Assembly (NCBI GenBank): GCA_043228905.1
Contig: JBHGNT010000010.1
Span: forward strand, 8,308,001 to 8,372,000
DNA: 64,000 nucleotides
Direction: 5' to 3'
DNA from: Azolla caroliniana
Taxonomy: Eukaryota; Plantae; Polypodiophyta
Shown here: one piece after another, positions 47,263 through 60,710 of the stretch
How positions within the stretch are numbered: position 1 is the first letter of the stretch
How the letters are laid out: every line of letters begins with the position of its first letter
Made by a program: the position numbers and the translations under genes
The notes under the pieces: model-generated
Database searches by the model: none
Seen by the model: the letters and a program-made list of their open reading frames with translations, nothing else
Told to the model about the DNA's origin: nothing

Positions 47263-50200
47263 TGTGGTGTTCCTTGGATGCAAGTGCATGCCTTCATGTT
47301 GGGTGTGCATGTGTTCCTTTGTGCCCCTTTTAGCATACCCTTGTTAGGACGCATGTAGCTAAGTAAAGCCAACCCAAATGGGTACCTTTGTACGACTATA
47401 AATTGAATAGGAAGTAAGAAGCTAAGCAAGTTGTTTTGGATTCCATTTATGTGCATTTCGCATAATTGGTGGAGAAGCGGGGAAAATTTTTAGCCACTAT
47501 CACCTCGTTCATGGCATCCCAATTCCCTCTCGTCGTCGTCGAAGTCGATACCCCTATGCAATCTGAGTTCCCGCAACCTCCTGAGCGGCCATCCCCCTTC
47601 CAAATGGAGCAACTCCTGCAAGTCCTCTCCAACAACATGCTTCAAATCAGCCACACAAACCAAGCTATGCTCTCCTTCCTCTCCGCTACCAACGATCGGC
47701 CAAATTCCAAGGTTCGCCCAAAGTCCTTCTCCGGCTTGCCCTCTCAGGACGTCTTAGCATGGTTGGATCACTTTGAGATGATCTCAAGTCACCACAAATG
47801 GTCTGATGAGCGCAAGGTTTTGGAAGTTCGCACCTTGCTCGAAAATGTCGCCGCCACTGGGTACATACAGCAAGCCAGCGAAGTGACAGAGAACTGGGTG
47901 ATCCTCCGGGATCTCCTCGTGCAAAACTTCGCCCGTCAAAATTCGGCCCAGACGGAATTACAACAACTCGAGACGTTACAACAGCAAGCCCATGAACCAG
48001 TAGGCCAATTTGGTGTTCGCCTAAATCAGCTCCTCGTCCGGGCCGATCCAACCATGCCCGAGCATGTCAAGCTTTTCTTCTTATGGCCTCGTCTGCGCCC
48101 TGACATCACTCGTCGTGCCAAGGACCAAGGTCCCAAGATCTTCAACGATGTGATCCTCATTGCCCAACGCATCGAAGCTTGTACACTATCTGACTCCCAA
48201 CCACGATGGCCCCCTCCACCATCGACCGACTTGCACGCGTAGTACCAAGGAGTGACCCCCATGGACATTGACGTCCAAAACATGAAGATGTAGACTCGCC
48301 GAAACCTTCCTAATCGCGATGCACAAGGACGCCCAAAGTGTTTCTACTGCCACAATTATGGACACGTCCGACGTTATTGCCGGAAATTGCAACAATAATC
48401 TCACAAGCAGCAAGCCCAAATAACCATGGCTGACGCAGCATCGTTGGTTGAGCTTCCAGGAAACTAACTTCCGGGGTACTGATGGAAGAGCCAGTCCCCC
48501 ACGTCCAAGCATCCACCTCTTCTAGTTCACAGGTATGCACCGCTCTCGCCAGCATTATCACTCCACACACACCATCCTATTAGACTCTGGTAGTAGTATC
48601 TCTTCAATTAGCACCGCCTTAGTTCACCAATTAGGCCTCCCCACAACCACCGTTCCTTCCATCCAAGTCCATTTTGGCAATCACCAACATCTATACCACT
48701 CTCACATGCAAGCCCACTACACTGTTACCTTAGGCACTCTCACATTCTCACACCACTTTTATGTCTTGCCCCACCAACTCTTCCCCCTCACCTTAGGTTG
48801 TGATTGGCTCCTCAAGCGTCGCGCTATGATTGATTTCGATGCTCACAAACTGATTGTCCCACAAGCTCCCCCTATCCCCCTCCTACACGATAGCCCCCAT
48901 GTCCCCCACCTCAGCCAAGTCCATGTGGCCCTCAATCCCAAGGAGCGGTTAATCTCAATCCGCCAATTGTTAGCTCGTTTTCCGTCACTAGCCCCCCAAC
49001 CCACGTATACCGCTATTGTCTCTTTCCCGGTACAACATGTCATTCGTATTGGGGACGCCGATCCCATCTGCATGGCTACATGCCGACGTTCCCCCCTCAA
49101 CCACGATCGCATTGATGTTGTTGTCAATGATATGCTCACCAAAGGTATTATCATTCCTTCCACCAGCAATTGGGTTTCGGAACCCCACCTCGTCAAGAAG
49201 GATGATGGCACCTTCCACTTCTGCATCGACTTTAGGCCTCTCAACAAAGTGACGATCCATGACCGCTACCCGCTCCCTCGCATGGACGACCTCTTGGACC
49301 AGCTCGGGGGCTCCCGTTATTTCACCTCCCTTGACTTAGCCTCGGGATATTGGCAGATCCCCTTAAAGCCGTCTGACTCCCACAAGACCGCATTCCACAC
49401 ACGATGCGGGCTGTTCCAGTTCACCCGCATGTCGTTTGGCCTATCTAATGTCGGCAGCACATTCCAACGCATGGCAAACTCCATCTTTGCCGGCCTTATC
49501 AGTAAAGGCGTCCTCCTCCTTTATCCCAACGACATACTTATCCACACGGCCACTTGGGAGGATCATCTACAAACTCTCGTTAAAGTCCTCACTTGCATAA
49601 CTAAGCATAACTTGCAACTCCAATGGAAGAAGTGTCGATGGGGAAGCACCAGCCTCCGTTTTCTTGGCTTCATCATCTCTGGCGATGGAATCCGTATGGA
49701 CCCTACAAAGGTAGTTGCCATCACTGACTACCCCCACCCCACCTCAATAAAAACATTGCAACATTTTTTGGGCATGATCACCTTTTCCCTTCGCTTCATC
49801 CCAAACCTCGCCTTGGTCACTTTCCCCCTCCATCATCTCCTGAAGAAAGGTGTGTCATTTGTTTGGGATCCTGCTTGTGAAGACAACTTTCGTCGTCTCA
49901 AAACAATGGTCCAGGAATCATGGTTGCTCGCCCATCCTAACTTTGACCACCCGTTTACGTTGCAAACAGATGCCTCTAACCATGGCTAGGAGCCGTCCTC
50001 CTGCAAACCGATTGCCACGGGAAAGAGAAGGTGGTCGCCTTCATTAGCCGAATTCTCACGCCGGCTGAACGGAACTACTCAACCACTGAGAAGGAACTAC
50101 TTGCGATCGTCTGGTCTTTCCAGCGTCTTCACCCATACCTTCATGGCGGGCAGGTTACGGTTGAGACTAACCACCAGCCCTTACTTTCTCTTATTCATTG

Positions 50201-51856
50201 ACCTCACCCCCTGGGCCTCTTGTTGCGATGGACGTTGGCACTTCAAGATTATCAATTTACCCTCTCCTATCGAAAAGGTGTAACCAATTTGGTCGTCGAT
50301 AGTCTCTCTCGTGCCGATTTCCAAGCTGTCCAATTTCTACCTGCGACGTCTGAACTTCCATTGCCACTACCACAACTCGCTACACTTCAGCAACACGACC
50401 CCGCCATCCGAGAGATAACCCATCAGTTGCGCTCCCTCCAACCATTTCCCTCACAACGACAGTTCATGCTCCGCGATAACTTGGTGTTCTTCATTCAGGC
50501 GCATCATGAGTCGCATCTCTACATCCCACATGCCCTACAACAGATGTATCTCCAATTTTATCACGACCACCCATTGTCGGGTCATCTGGGTTTCCACAAG
50601 ATGCTTGAAAAATTACGTCTCAAGTATTATTGGCCCAACATGCGACACTCTGTCTCTACCTACATCAACCAATGTGCTTTGTGTCAACACATCAAACCCG
50701 CGAGCAAGCCCGCCGGAACGCTCCAACCCATCACCATCACATCGCCTTTCGAGCTCGTCGGATGGGATTTCATAGCACCTTTTCCCGAAACCACCAGTGG
50801 CAACAAGTATATCCTGGTCATAACAGAATACCTCACCAGATGGGCTGGAACTATTGCCATCCCTGATGTCACTACGCCAACAATCGCAACCCAACTTTTG
50901 CACAAGGTAATTTTTTAGCATGGTTGCCCTGTCCAACTCTTATCTAATCAGGGCCACTAGTTCCATGGGGACGTCCTCAACACGGTTGCAACTCAACTAG
51001 GTGTCCAGCAGGTGTTTACATCCCCGTACCATCCACAAACAAACGGCCTCATCGAATGCCTCAACAAGACCCTCAAGCAGGAGATTGCGGCTTACATCGA
51101 TCCATGCCACAAAACTTGGGATCAAATCTTGCCTTTCGTCACCCACGCCTACAATACATCCGTTCAGGCATCAACACGGATCAGCCCTTTTCGAGCACTC
51201 TATGGGCGTGACCCTCGGCCCCCACCAGAATCGTCCATTGACGTCCATTCCAAACCTACCAACATGGATGGTGCCACTTGGGGGCTCTATCTCCAACAAC
51301 TGCTACCTCTCCTTCGACAAGCAAGCTCTCGAAACCTACAAGCCACACAACAATGCCAAAAGCGACACTACGACGTGGGTCAAATTACCCTGACTTATGA
51401 TGATGGAACCAAAGTCCTTGTTTACTTCCTGTTCTGGCGGCGCGGTCTCAACGAATCACTCATGCACCAATGGATCGGTCCATTCACCATGGTTCGTGCA
51501 ATCAAATCCACGACTTACTTGCTCCGACGCGATTCCAATGGTTGCTTCACCTCCGCCCATGTTGCCCGCATCAAGCCCTATGCTACCCCAAGCCCATCTT
51601 CTAGTGCTCGTCCTTTCCCCATGTCATAAAACTCCTTGTTTCTCTCAGGGGGGAAATGTGGATTCCCTTGGATGCAAGTGCATACCTTCATGTTGGGTGT
51701 GAATGTGTTCCTTTGTGCCCCTTTTAGCATACCCTTGTTAGGACACATGTAGCTAAGTAAAGCCAACCCAAATGGGTACCTTTGTACGACTATAAATTGA
51801 ATAGGAAGTAAGAAGCTAAGCAAGCTGGTTTGGATTCCATTTATGTGCATTTCACA
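47263..51856 (+). mobile_element. Full-length decayed non-chromovirus Ty3/gypsy, 200-bp LTRs (47263-47462, 51657-51856), tRNA-Ala PBS, 4-bp TSD ATAT
   Basis: PBS TGGTGGAGAAGCGGGG 47467-47482; gag CFYCHNYGHVRRYC; PR LLDSG; RT LDLASGYWQI; RH QTDAS; INT YHPQTNG; PPT 51647-51656; LTRs differ at ~9/200. Confidence 0.95.
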
Positions 51857-52329
51857 ATATAGAAGTTATAAATTTCACCAAATTTTACGAATTCAATAGA
51901 TACAAGTGAGACAATCTCTCTGTTACATGGAATAGGTTGAAAGGGAAATAGATAAGGAAAATAGAGATATAAGATTTGAGGTTAGAGATTAGAAGTAATA
52001 TCCTTGAGTTTTGGTTTAGTGGACCAATGAGATGGCTTTGTTTCCTCTTGTTGTTGGTGGCTCATGTGCGACCAAATTACCAGTCATAATGTCCATCCAT
52101 TTGTACTCCATTCCTTCATCCTATTGATATCCTCTAGATGTTTTGTATTCCAAATTTAAGTTGAAGCAATGACCTTAAACTTCTAAAGTAAGCTCTCAAC
52201 AATCAAGTTAAGTCTTTTTGTGTACACTAAACTTCATCTCATTTCTTCTACTTCTTGTTATACCTTTTGCCCTATCCTTCAAACTTTTATATATATCTAG
52301 CTAAATTCGTTTCCTCCTATGCACTCCCC

Positions 52330-52690
52330 ATATCACGACAACTCTAAGAGAAGAAACGTCGAAGCCATTCACTACTCAAGGTTGGCAGGAATTCTACTAT
52401 GGAAGGAGGCACAGAGCAAGGTAGATAAAGAGGCCAAGTTCTTGCCATCTATCCTCAGAAATCTTAAAAAGAGAAACCTTCAGACGGATGTAACGGAGAA
52501 GGCCAAGAAAAGGGTTCAAGAAGCAACCAAGTGGAAACACCTAGTGGAAGAGGGTTTTCGGTGGCACATGCATTTTAAATATAAGGTTATACTCAATGGA
52601 GGAGACAAGACCATGACGAACACTTGTGGTGGTGCAAGATGTGGGGAGAAAATCTCGTGGATAAGGTGGCAACTATTGTTCCGGTAGGAA
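52330..52690 (+). pseudogene. Old remnant of Trp-primed gypsy gag
   Basis: VEAIHYS...AGI...RVQEATKWKHLVEE similar to ~1580-1760 and ~32030-32240. Confidence 0.6.
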
Positions 52691-53349
52691 GAGTGTACAT
52701 GGTGGAGATGGAGAAATAAAGATGATGACAAGAAGGACTCGTCGAGTGAAAAAGCGAAGGGTAACTACCTTTGGCCCCACCATTCTTGGTACATATTGGA
52801 TGAAGTGTGGGTTTGCTCGGGATGGATATCGTGATGTAGCGGGTCCAAAGAAGGAAAGGGGGGAAAATAATAACCACAACAATTCTCAATATATAAAAAA
52901 TGGGAAATAAAATAAAATAATAAAAGGTTAATAACCTAATGATTGAGGTTATTAATTGTGTGGATAAGTTCAAGGTTTGAATCTTCGCATGTGTGTGTTG
53001 CAGTTAATTACCCTTTTTTGCATTTGGATTTCGATGAAAGAGGGATAGATAAGCATTCAATGCAATGGTTAGCCTCTCCTCTCACTATGAAAAGGGGAGT
53101 TGGGGGTTTATTTTGGGGTTAAACCATTTTGGGTTTTTGGCATTTTGGGAGAGCTTGTGAGTTCTTCTTCTTCTTCTTCTTCTTCTTCTTTTGGAGTTTT
53201 AGGTTTTTCTGGATTGCGGCGTGAGAGTGGCTATTGGGCTAATTCTCCTCCTTCTCACATGGGTTGTGTTAGGGTTATTGAGTGTATACTATTTCCTCTT
53301 CTTTATCTCTAGGTTATTCATTAGAATTCCTGCATGGAATGGGTGAGGA

Positions 53350-54540
53350 AGAGATGAAGAAAACAAGCATTTCAAGAGGAGTATGCGAATGGTGGTGTGG
53401 AAAGCCACTATGAAAAAAGGTGAGACAATATTCAATAATGAGCTTGGGCCACCAAATCTTGAGTACCTTGTCCTAGTTATTTCCCTTTTCTACTTGTAAT
53501 GTCCACTCTTGTTCACTCAATGTAAAAAGGGTTTTCCTTGTTATAATCAAACTTGTGTTGTTCTCAATTGATTATTTGTTAGTCAAAATCTTTGTTGAAT
53601 TCCTCATGTCACGGTGTTGAGTGGTAGTGAGCAGGAACTAATCGAACCCATACACGCACTCATTTGTTGCATGAGCACCTACCCTTTTGAACACCCTACG
53701 CCCCCTTGGACTCAAGTGTTGAGCTCTTGCCAAGTAGGGTCTCCACTCCTCAAGGGTAGAGATAATGACTAAAGAACTCTTGATCATATATTGGATAGTT
53801 CACTTTAGGGGGTAAATTTTCACGAGTCAATTGCCACGAGGTGTAGTAGTTCCATCGGCCTCTGGTTGGGACAGGATTGTGCCAATAGAAAAATCAGAGG
53901 TGTCAGTTTGAACAATGGATGGTCTTGTTGGGTCAATATGAAGAAGCATTGTAGCCGACATAAAGGCTTTTTTTCAAGGTCTTGGACACAAGCCGTTTTT
54001 ATCTAGTGGAAGGGATGATCATTTTGAGTAAATGCCATCAATGGTTGTGCAAGTATGGAGAAATGGAGTATAAAATTTCGCAAAACCAAGGAAGAATTAT
54101 ACCTCTTTAAGACAAGTTGGTGTTGCCCACTCTTGGATTGTAAAGACTTGCTTTTCGTATATAGTGATACCATTTTGTAAAATGACATATCTAAGATACT
54201 ATATTGAAGTATTGTCGAAATCACACTTTTCACTTTTGGCATAAATCCCTTATTTCTAGTGTTTGGTAAGGAGTAGACACACATGTTTGGTGTGTTCCCC
54301 CTAGTTTTATGAGAAGATCAGGATTTCATCAAGATAGATGACAACAAACTGAACTAAATATTCTCAAAGATGTCATTCATCATATGTTGGAAAAAAACAG
54401 TGTGTTCATGAGCCCAAAATGTCATTATCATATATTCAAAGTCTCCCTATTGTGTTAGAAATCCATTTTTCCATTCATCACTAGGTTTAATATAAAGCAA
54501 GTTGTAAGCACCTCAAAAATCCATTTTCGAAAATATATAT
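53350..54540 (-). pseudogene. Heavily decayed chromovirus pol related to 11215-17009
   Basis: FSKMDF*GAYNLLYIKPSDEWK and LKKAFMSATMLLHIDPTRP match RT/RH of the young chromovirus. Confidence 0.7.
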
Positions 54541-54554
54541 TGAGTTTAGAGTTG

Positions 54555-54675
54555 TGTTGAGAAGGCACGCTCAACAAAAGGTGGTATTTGTGTCAACAGT
54601 TTTTGTTTAAAAGGTGGTCTGTGAGCACATTGTAATTAAGTCGTCCATTTTTTGAAATATAGTTCTGTTGTCTGC

Positions 54676-54706
<31 letters not shown>

Positions 54707-55163
54707 CCATCTCCAACTCTATGATTACCTAACTGTCATACATTGTTGTCTGGCTCAATCGATTGTGCTTGTCTACAAGTTTCTGTACATTTTCTTTACA
54801 TGGTATCCGAGTGCGAGGGTGAAGATAATCCTCTGCAATTGACACGGCTTTTGACATAGACCAAGCAACCGACTTCCAAACACAGGAAAAGACAAGAACA
54901 AGGATAGAGGAATGGGAAGCGCTCTATCGACATAAAAGTTGGACAGAAGCAACTACGCATCTTGGGAGTACAAGATTCACTAGTCGAGTAGCTCCTCGGA
55001 CATAGCTACTGGAGTTACATTGATGGAGCAAATGATGTAGCACTAGAGTCGGTAAACAAGGATTTTATGTCCTGGGAGTAAGCGGCAAGCAGAGTCCTAT
55101 ATTGCATTGCATCCTACATGCACGACTAGATGTTGGGCTACATCCGAGATGCGAAGATACTGA
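54555..55163 (+). mobile_element. Copia (E family) short 5' LTR 54555-54800, PBS 54801-54812, decayed gag start
   Basis: TGTTGAGAAGGCACGCTCAAC...TTTACA TGGTATCCGAGT; DRGMGSALST*KLDRSNYASW. Confidence 0.8.
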
Positions 55164-56180
55164 TGTTACCTAAGAAGGTTGACTTAGAGTGTGAAAGGGC
55201 CGAAAGGCCGAATGAGGTGTAAAAGGAAGGTTGTGGCCGAAAGGCCGAAACAAGTATAGCACTGAAATATTAATTATAACCGAAAATATGTAAATAGTAG
55301 AAAGTTAGCTAGTAATGGTTTGCCGAACGACAATGCAGTTCTTGATGTAATCTTTTTATGATTCCTATATAAAGGAATAGGTGTATTGTACAAGTGTGTA
55401 AGAATTTTAATAGAAAATTATATTTTGGTTACACCATGCTATTGTGTTTACTGTGTCTATGCTATTTTGAGTTCTGTGTTTTAAGTGTATTGTGCAATGC
55501 CGGTTGGTTATAGCCAATTCAGACAGGTTTATAATACTATCCATAATAGCCGATCAACATAACATATTGTTTATCAAATTTCTATTGTAATTGCATCCCT
55601 TCAACCACAACCTTTGGTGAAGGATACTTAGGGATTATGTATCCAACTACATGTTTCTAGAGAGGAGGAACACAATTTGGCGACCACGATTTATCCTGCA
55701 AGAGGCAGCAAAAATTGGAGGATGGAAGTCATTTAGTAAGAGTGACGATGACATAACTGCAACAAGCAGAGCACTACCCACTCGATTGTAGTACTGACGA
55801 GCAACCCAAGAAAATTGGTTGATCAGGTGTTTCTAGAACAACTTCAACAAGAAGCCTAACAAGACTTAATAGCACTTCCCGACTTTGAGGCTTCTAACGC
55901 ATTAGTTCTGACAATGAAACGTCTGACAATGAAGTTGAGTAATCAATCAGTTGACACAATAGCGGCAATACAACGCACGGGTAGAAGAGGACCTGGTGCA
56001 GAATAGCCACGTAGTGAGTCAATCAAATTCCAAGAAGAAGACACAATGGCGTACCCCTACCCCTTGCACAATGATGAGAAAGGGAACTGATGAGGCCATT
56101 TTATGCCGCATATCAAGAATCTTATGGGACGGATCCCTAATTTTAGCTATTTTCGGAGATTCAGAAAACATTCGGCGAAA
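55164..56180 (+). mobile_element. Probable gypsy 5' LTR (55164-55674) with tRNA-Arg-type PBS 55678-55687 and decayed leader/gag
   Basis: TG start where copia gag breaks, TATA ~55366, ...ACA ATT TGGCGACCAC. Confidence 0.55.
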
Positions 56181-59100
56181 ATCGATGGGACTCATCATCG
56201 ACTACTCGGCAAAAGCCCACCACTCAACCGAACAAGCTGGAAGAACCAACCGAAGAACCAGTCGGTCGAGAAGGAGGATCGACAATCGGCAGTGGTTGAA
56301 ATCGAGGAATAGTCAATCAAGTGATTTTTGCACCCATTGCAGAAAGGTTGGTCATTATCCCTCTTCTGTTCGATTAAGAAGAAGGAGAGCAGTCGGCGAT
56401 TCAAGTGGAATCCAAGACGATCCGACTCGAACCGTTCTCCCACATGCAACCAAGTTAATGTTGCTGAATCCCAGTCAGGGGAAATTCTCTCATTAGAGGA
56501 ATATTCGACAAGTGAAGTCTTATACAATGCACAAGATGCGTGAACATGGTGATTAGATTCCGGAACCACATTTCACGTAACCCCCAACATCAAAAGTTTT
56601 TCGATCTATTCGGTCGCAGCCAGTGGCACAATTCCACTAGGCAACAAGCAGGAGTGCACAATTGCAGGGATCGGAGAGGTCCCCATCCAATTGCCGAATG
56701 GAAACACTGTCACCCTGCACTGAGTCTGGCATGTACCCGAGCTCAAAAGGAGTCTTGTCTGTATTGGCATGTTAGCCGAAGACGGGTACCAAACAACTCT
56801 CAGTGAGTCAACATGGAAGTTCAACCGAGGAAATCTCAAAATTGGGAATGTATACAAGTACAATAAGTTGTATCCACTAATGGTGATCAGTCCAGAAGGG
56901 GTCGTGAACATAGCCGAATCGTGGGACTCAAACCTATGGCATGGCCGTCTAGGCCATATGTCACAAGCCAGACTAGACCGGTTGGTAGCGATCGGCTACA
57001 TCCCGAAGCTCCAAACAAAGACGGACTTTTGTGAGCATTGTCATTACGGGAAACAGGCCCGAGGTCTGCACTCTCTCCATTATGACATGGTACAACATAC
57101 CCTAGAACTGGTCCACACCAATATATGTGGGTCGATGCCCAAAAGATCACTAGGAGGCTCCCGTTATTTCATCACATTCGTAGATGATTGTACACGGAAA
57201 GTCTAGGCCTACTCGATTAGGTCGAAAGATGAAGCGCTCAAGGTCTTCACTCGATGGTTAGTCGAACTAGAGAACTAGTCGAGATACCAAGTGAAGACAC
57301 TCTTATGAACAACGGAGGTGAATGCACCTCCCAAGCCTTTAGGCATTACCTATCCGACAAAGGGATCTGACACCAAAAGACTGTTCCCTACACACCCATG
57401 CATAATGGAGTGGCAAAACAGATCAACCAGACGATCCAGGAGAGGGTGACGGCATTGCTCCAGCACTCCGGACTAAAGTTGGAATTCTGGGCCAAGGCAT
57501 TGCAGATGGCAGTATACTTGATAAATCTATCATCGTCGAAAGCAATCAGGCTCGAAGTGCCACTGGCACTATGGTTAGGAAAAGAGCCGACCTCCAACAG
57601 GCTTCGTATATTCAGATGCCTGGCCTATGCATTCAATCCCTAGGGACAAAAGGACCAAGTTGGCACCCCATGCAACAAAGTGCATATTTCTCGGTTATGG
57701 AATTTACGGGGAATTCGGTTATCGGCAATGGGACCCAGAGAACCGGAAACTAATCTGGAGTAGTGATGTAGTCTTCAATGAAGACTCGATTCTCTCTTAA
57801 CGGAACCACCCGAATGTGGTCAACCAAAAGGTCTCCTTCAAATTGACAGAGATGCCATAGAAGGACCGACCCATCGGACTGAATTGGCGATTCGACAAAC
57901 CGTTGAAGAAAGCCAAGCTAGCAATCACTCTGCCAAATCCGAATCGGCAACTACACTTAGCACTAGTCGAAATTGATTCGACTACGAGATTGATAGGACG
58001 CAAAAACAACGGAATTGATATGACCAACTCGCCCAAATAGGCTAAGGTGCCAAGAGGCCGAATCGAACCGGCCAAGGCATGACACCGTCCGTCAATCATT
58101 CCCAAAAAAGGGTAGGATGACTCGACATCGCCGAAATCCTATCGCATGGGCGAGTCATCCAACAGAAGTCCTAAAAACGGTTCAAGTAATACAGATCGGT
58201 TGACCGAGTCGATTGAAGAAATCGAACCAACAATATCGGAACCCAGGAAATCCAGACGACTCTGAAGGCCGATAGAGTTTTATCAACTGAGGCTCGACTA
58301 CGTCAACTACATGGATGCAGGAGAACCAAGCTCCTATGAGGAAGCCACAGTCGCGCCAGATGCTGACACATGGCTACAAGCCATGAAATCCAAGATGGAC
58401 TCAATTCATCATAATCAAACATGGGAGTTGGTTGAATTACCAGCTGGAAGGAAGCTAATGCCCTACAAATGGGCCTTCAAATACAAATATGTATCTGATT
58501 TAGAGAAGCCCAAATACAAAGCTCGGCTTGTCACAAAGGGATTCAAACAAGAACATGGGGTCGACTACAATGAGATATTCTCACCAGTAGTCAAGATGAT
58601 CACCCTTCGGCTCCTACTTGGGGTCGTGGCGATTGAAGACCTAGAGTTTGTACAGTTGGACGTCAAGACGGCATTCCTACACGGAGACTTGGAAGAAGAC
58701 ATCTATATGTCTCAACCGGTAGGCTTCACGACGACGGGGGAGAAAGGTCACCTCGTATGCAGATTGAAAAAAAGCCTTTACGGCTTAAAACAACCGTCGA
58801 GGATGTGGTACCAGAAGTTCGACTCCTATATCAGGTAGCTTGGCTACAACCGGTCAGGCTCTGACCCATGCATGTACATTCGACAATTAGCCGATGAGTC
58901 CCAGATATATCTGATCCTATATGTCGATGACATGCTGATTGTAGAGAGAAATCAAGCAGAGATCGGAAAGCTAAATCAGAGCCTTCCCAACAAGTTCGCG
59001 ATGAAGGAACTCAGACAAGCCCGACACATATTGGGCATGTGGATCGAGCAAAATTGGAAGACCTTTCTCCAACTCTCCAAGTCCAACTACATCTGAAAGG

Positions 59101-60100
59101 TGTTGAGGTGCTTCAACATGGAGAAATCAAAGCCAGCACCAACACCACTTTCGACGTCAATCCGACTATCGGACAAAGACTCTCTGTCGACGAATGAGGA
59201 GAGAGAACTCAATAGGAAGATACCCTACGCATGGGCCGTACGAAGTATCATGTACACGACGGTGGTGACCCAGCCTGAACTTGCATATGTCGTACGGGTT
59301 GTCAACCAGTACATGTCGAAACCAAGATAGAAGCATTGGGAGGTGGTTTAGGTTACTTTCGGAACAACAAATCCGACCAAAGTTGAAGGCTATACCAACT
59401 CCGACTAAGCCGGAAATACGGATAATCGAAAGTCGACATCAGGCAACCTTTTCACCTATGATGGTGGTGCCATATCATGGAGGTCGAAGCTTCAAGACTG
59501 CATAGCCCTATCTACAACAGAGGCAGAGTACAAAGCATCATTGGAACAGCGAAAGAAGCAATTTGGCTACACCGACTGTCCGTCGATTTTTCGACTACAA
59601 GTTGAAACGACCATCAAGGGAAATAGGTCCCTCCGGATGGGAAAAGAATGAACCGAATCGGGTGGAGATCGAAAATCGATTTCCCGATTCGAGGGGCTAT
59701 AATTGTAAATAGTCTGAATGTGCCCCTTGTGGGCTATATTTGTAAATAGCTTGAAAGTTGTTTTAGTATATAAGCAACTAGGGCAAACTTTATAGAAATG
59801 TAGTTGAATGATTGTTGTATAGTTACACAGAAGGTAGTTGCCTCTGCAACCGTGAGTGAGTGAGAGTGTGTGTAAGAGTGTGAGTAACTCTGCAACCATC
59901 ATCTGTCGAAGAAGAACTCGAGGTTGTTGCCTCCAAGATTCTTATTGTACTTCTTCTCTATCATAGTGATTCTATTTTCTCGGGGTTTGTGAACCCCCGT
60001 GATTTTTCCCTTTCGGTTTTTCCACATTAGATATCTTGTGTCTCTGTTTTTTGTTTTCTGCCCCTCATTTTCTATTTGTGGGTCGAAGCATGCTACGGTG
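56180..60100 (+). mobile_element. Decayed Ty1/copia gag end-PR-INT-RT-RH and A/B-like LTR (~59615-60100)
   Basis: CTHCRKVGH, LWHGRLGHMS, TFVDD, QLDVKTAFLHG, LYVDDML; GAAATAGGTCCCTCCGGATGGG at 59620. Confidence 0.85.
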
Positions 60101-60323
60101 TACCAACTTTTGGCCAAAAATTTAGCCAACATAAAAAATTGAAAATAAAACAATTACTGCAAAAAATAGTGGATCATCAATACAAATTCAATACAAATCA
60201 ACAAGGATATCATAGGTCACAATCGAAGTGACCCAAGGTCGTATTTAATACATTAACTATAACTTCACTCTCCTAAGTAAAGTTGTACGAAAGCAGACCT
60301 AGAGAAGATCTTGAACTTGTTAG

Positions 60324-60462
<139 letters not shown>

Positions 60463-60710
60463 AAGTTCACTCCGGCCATCGTTTTCTACGTTCTATATCT
60501 TGTTGAAAAGCTCTTTCAGAGAGCTTTCTAAATAATATTAATTTACTAAATTCCGTTATCGTGGCAAGAAGTTATGAGCATTTCATCTGCAGCCATCTTT
60601 GCCCCACGGTTCCTCAAACGCAGGTAGATTTTGAAGCCCTAAATCGAGTGAAAGGTGCATTCTCTCTCCCTCCCTCTCTGTCTCTCTCTTCCCATAGGGT
60701 TTTTCCCTAC

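Noticed and set aside
51857-53350. Host exons in AT-rich unassigned DNA (also 19477-20200, 45060-45650)
   Set aside because: No sustained ORF or recognisable domain; most likely old TE debris
56087-56115. CTGATGAGGCC hammerhead core
   Set aside because: No matching GAAA or stems downstream
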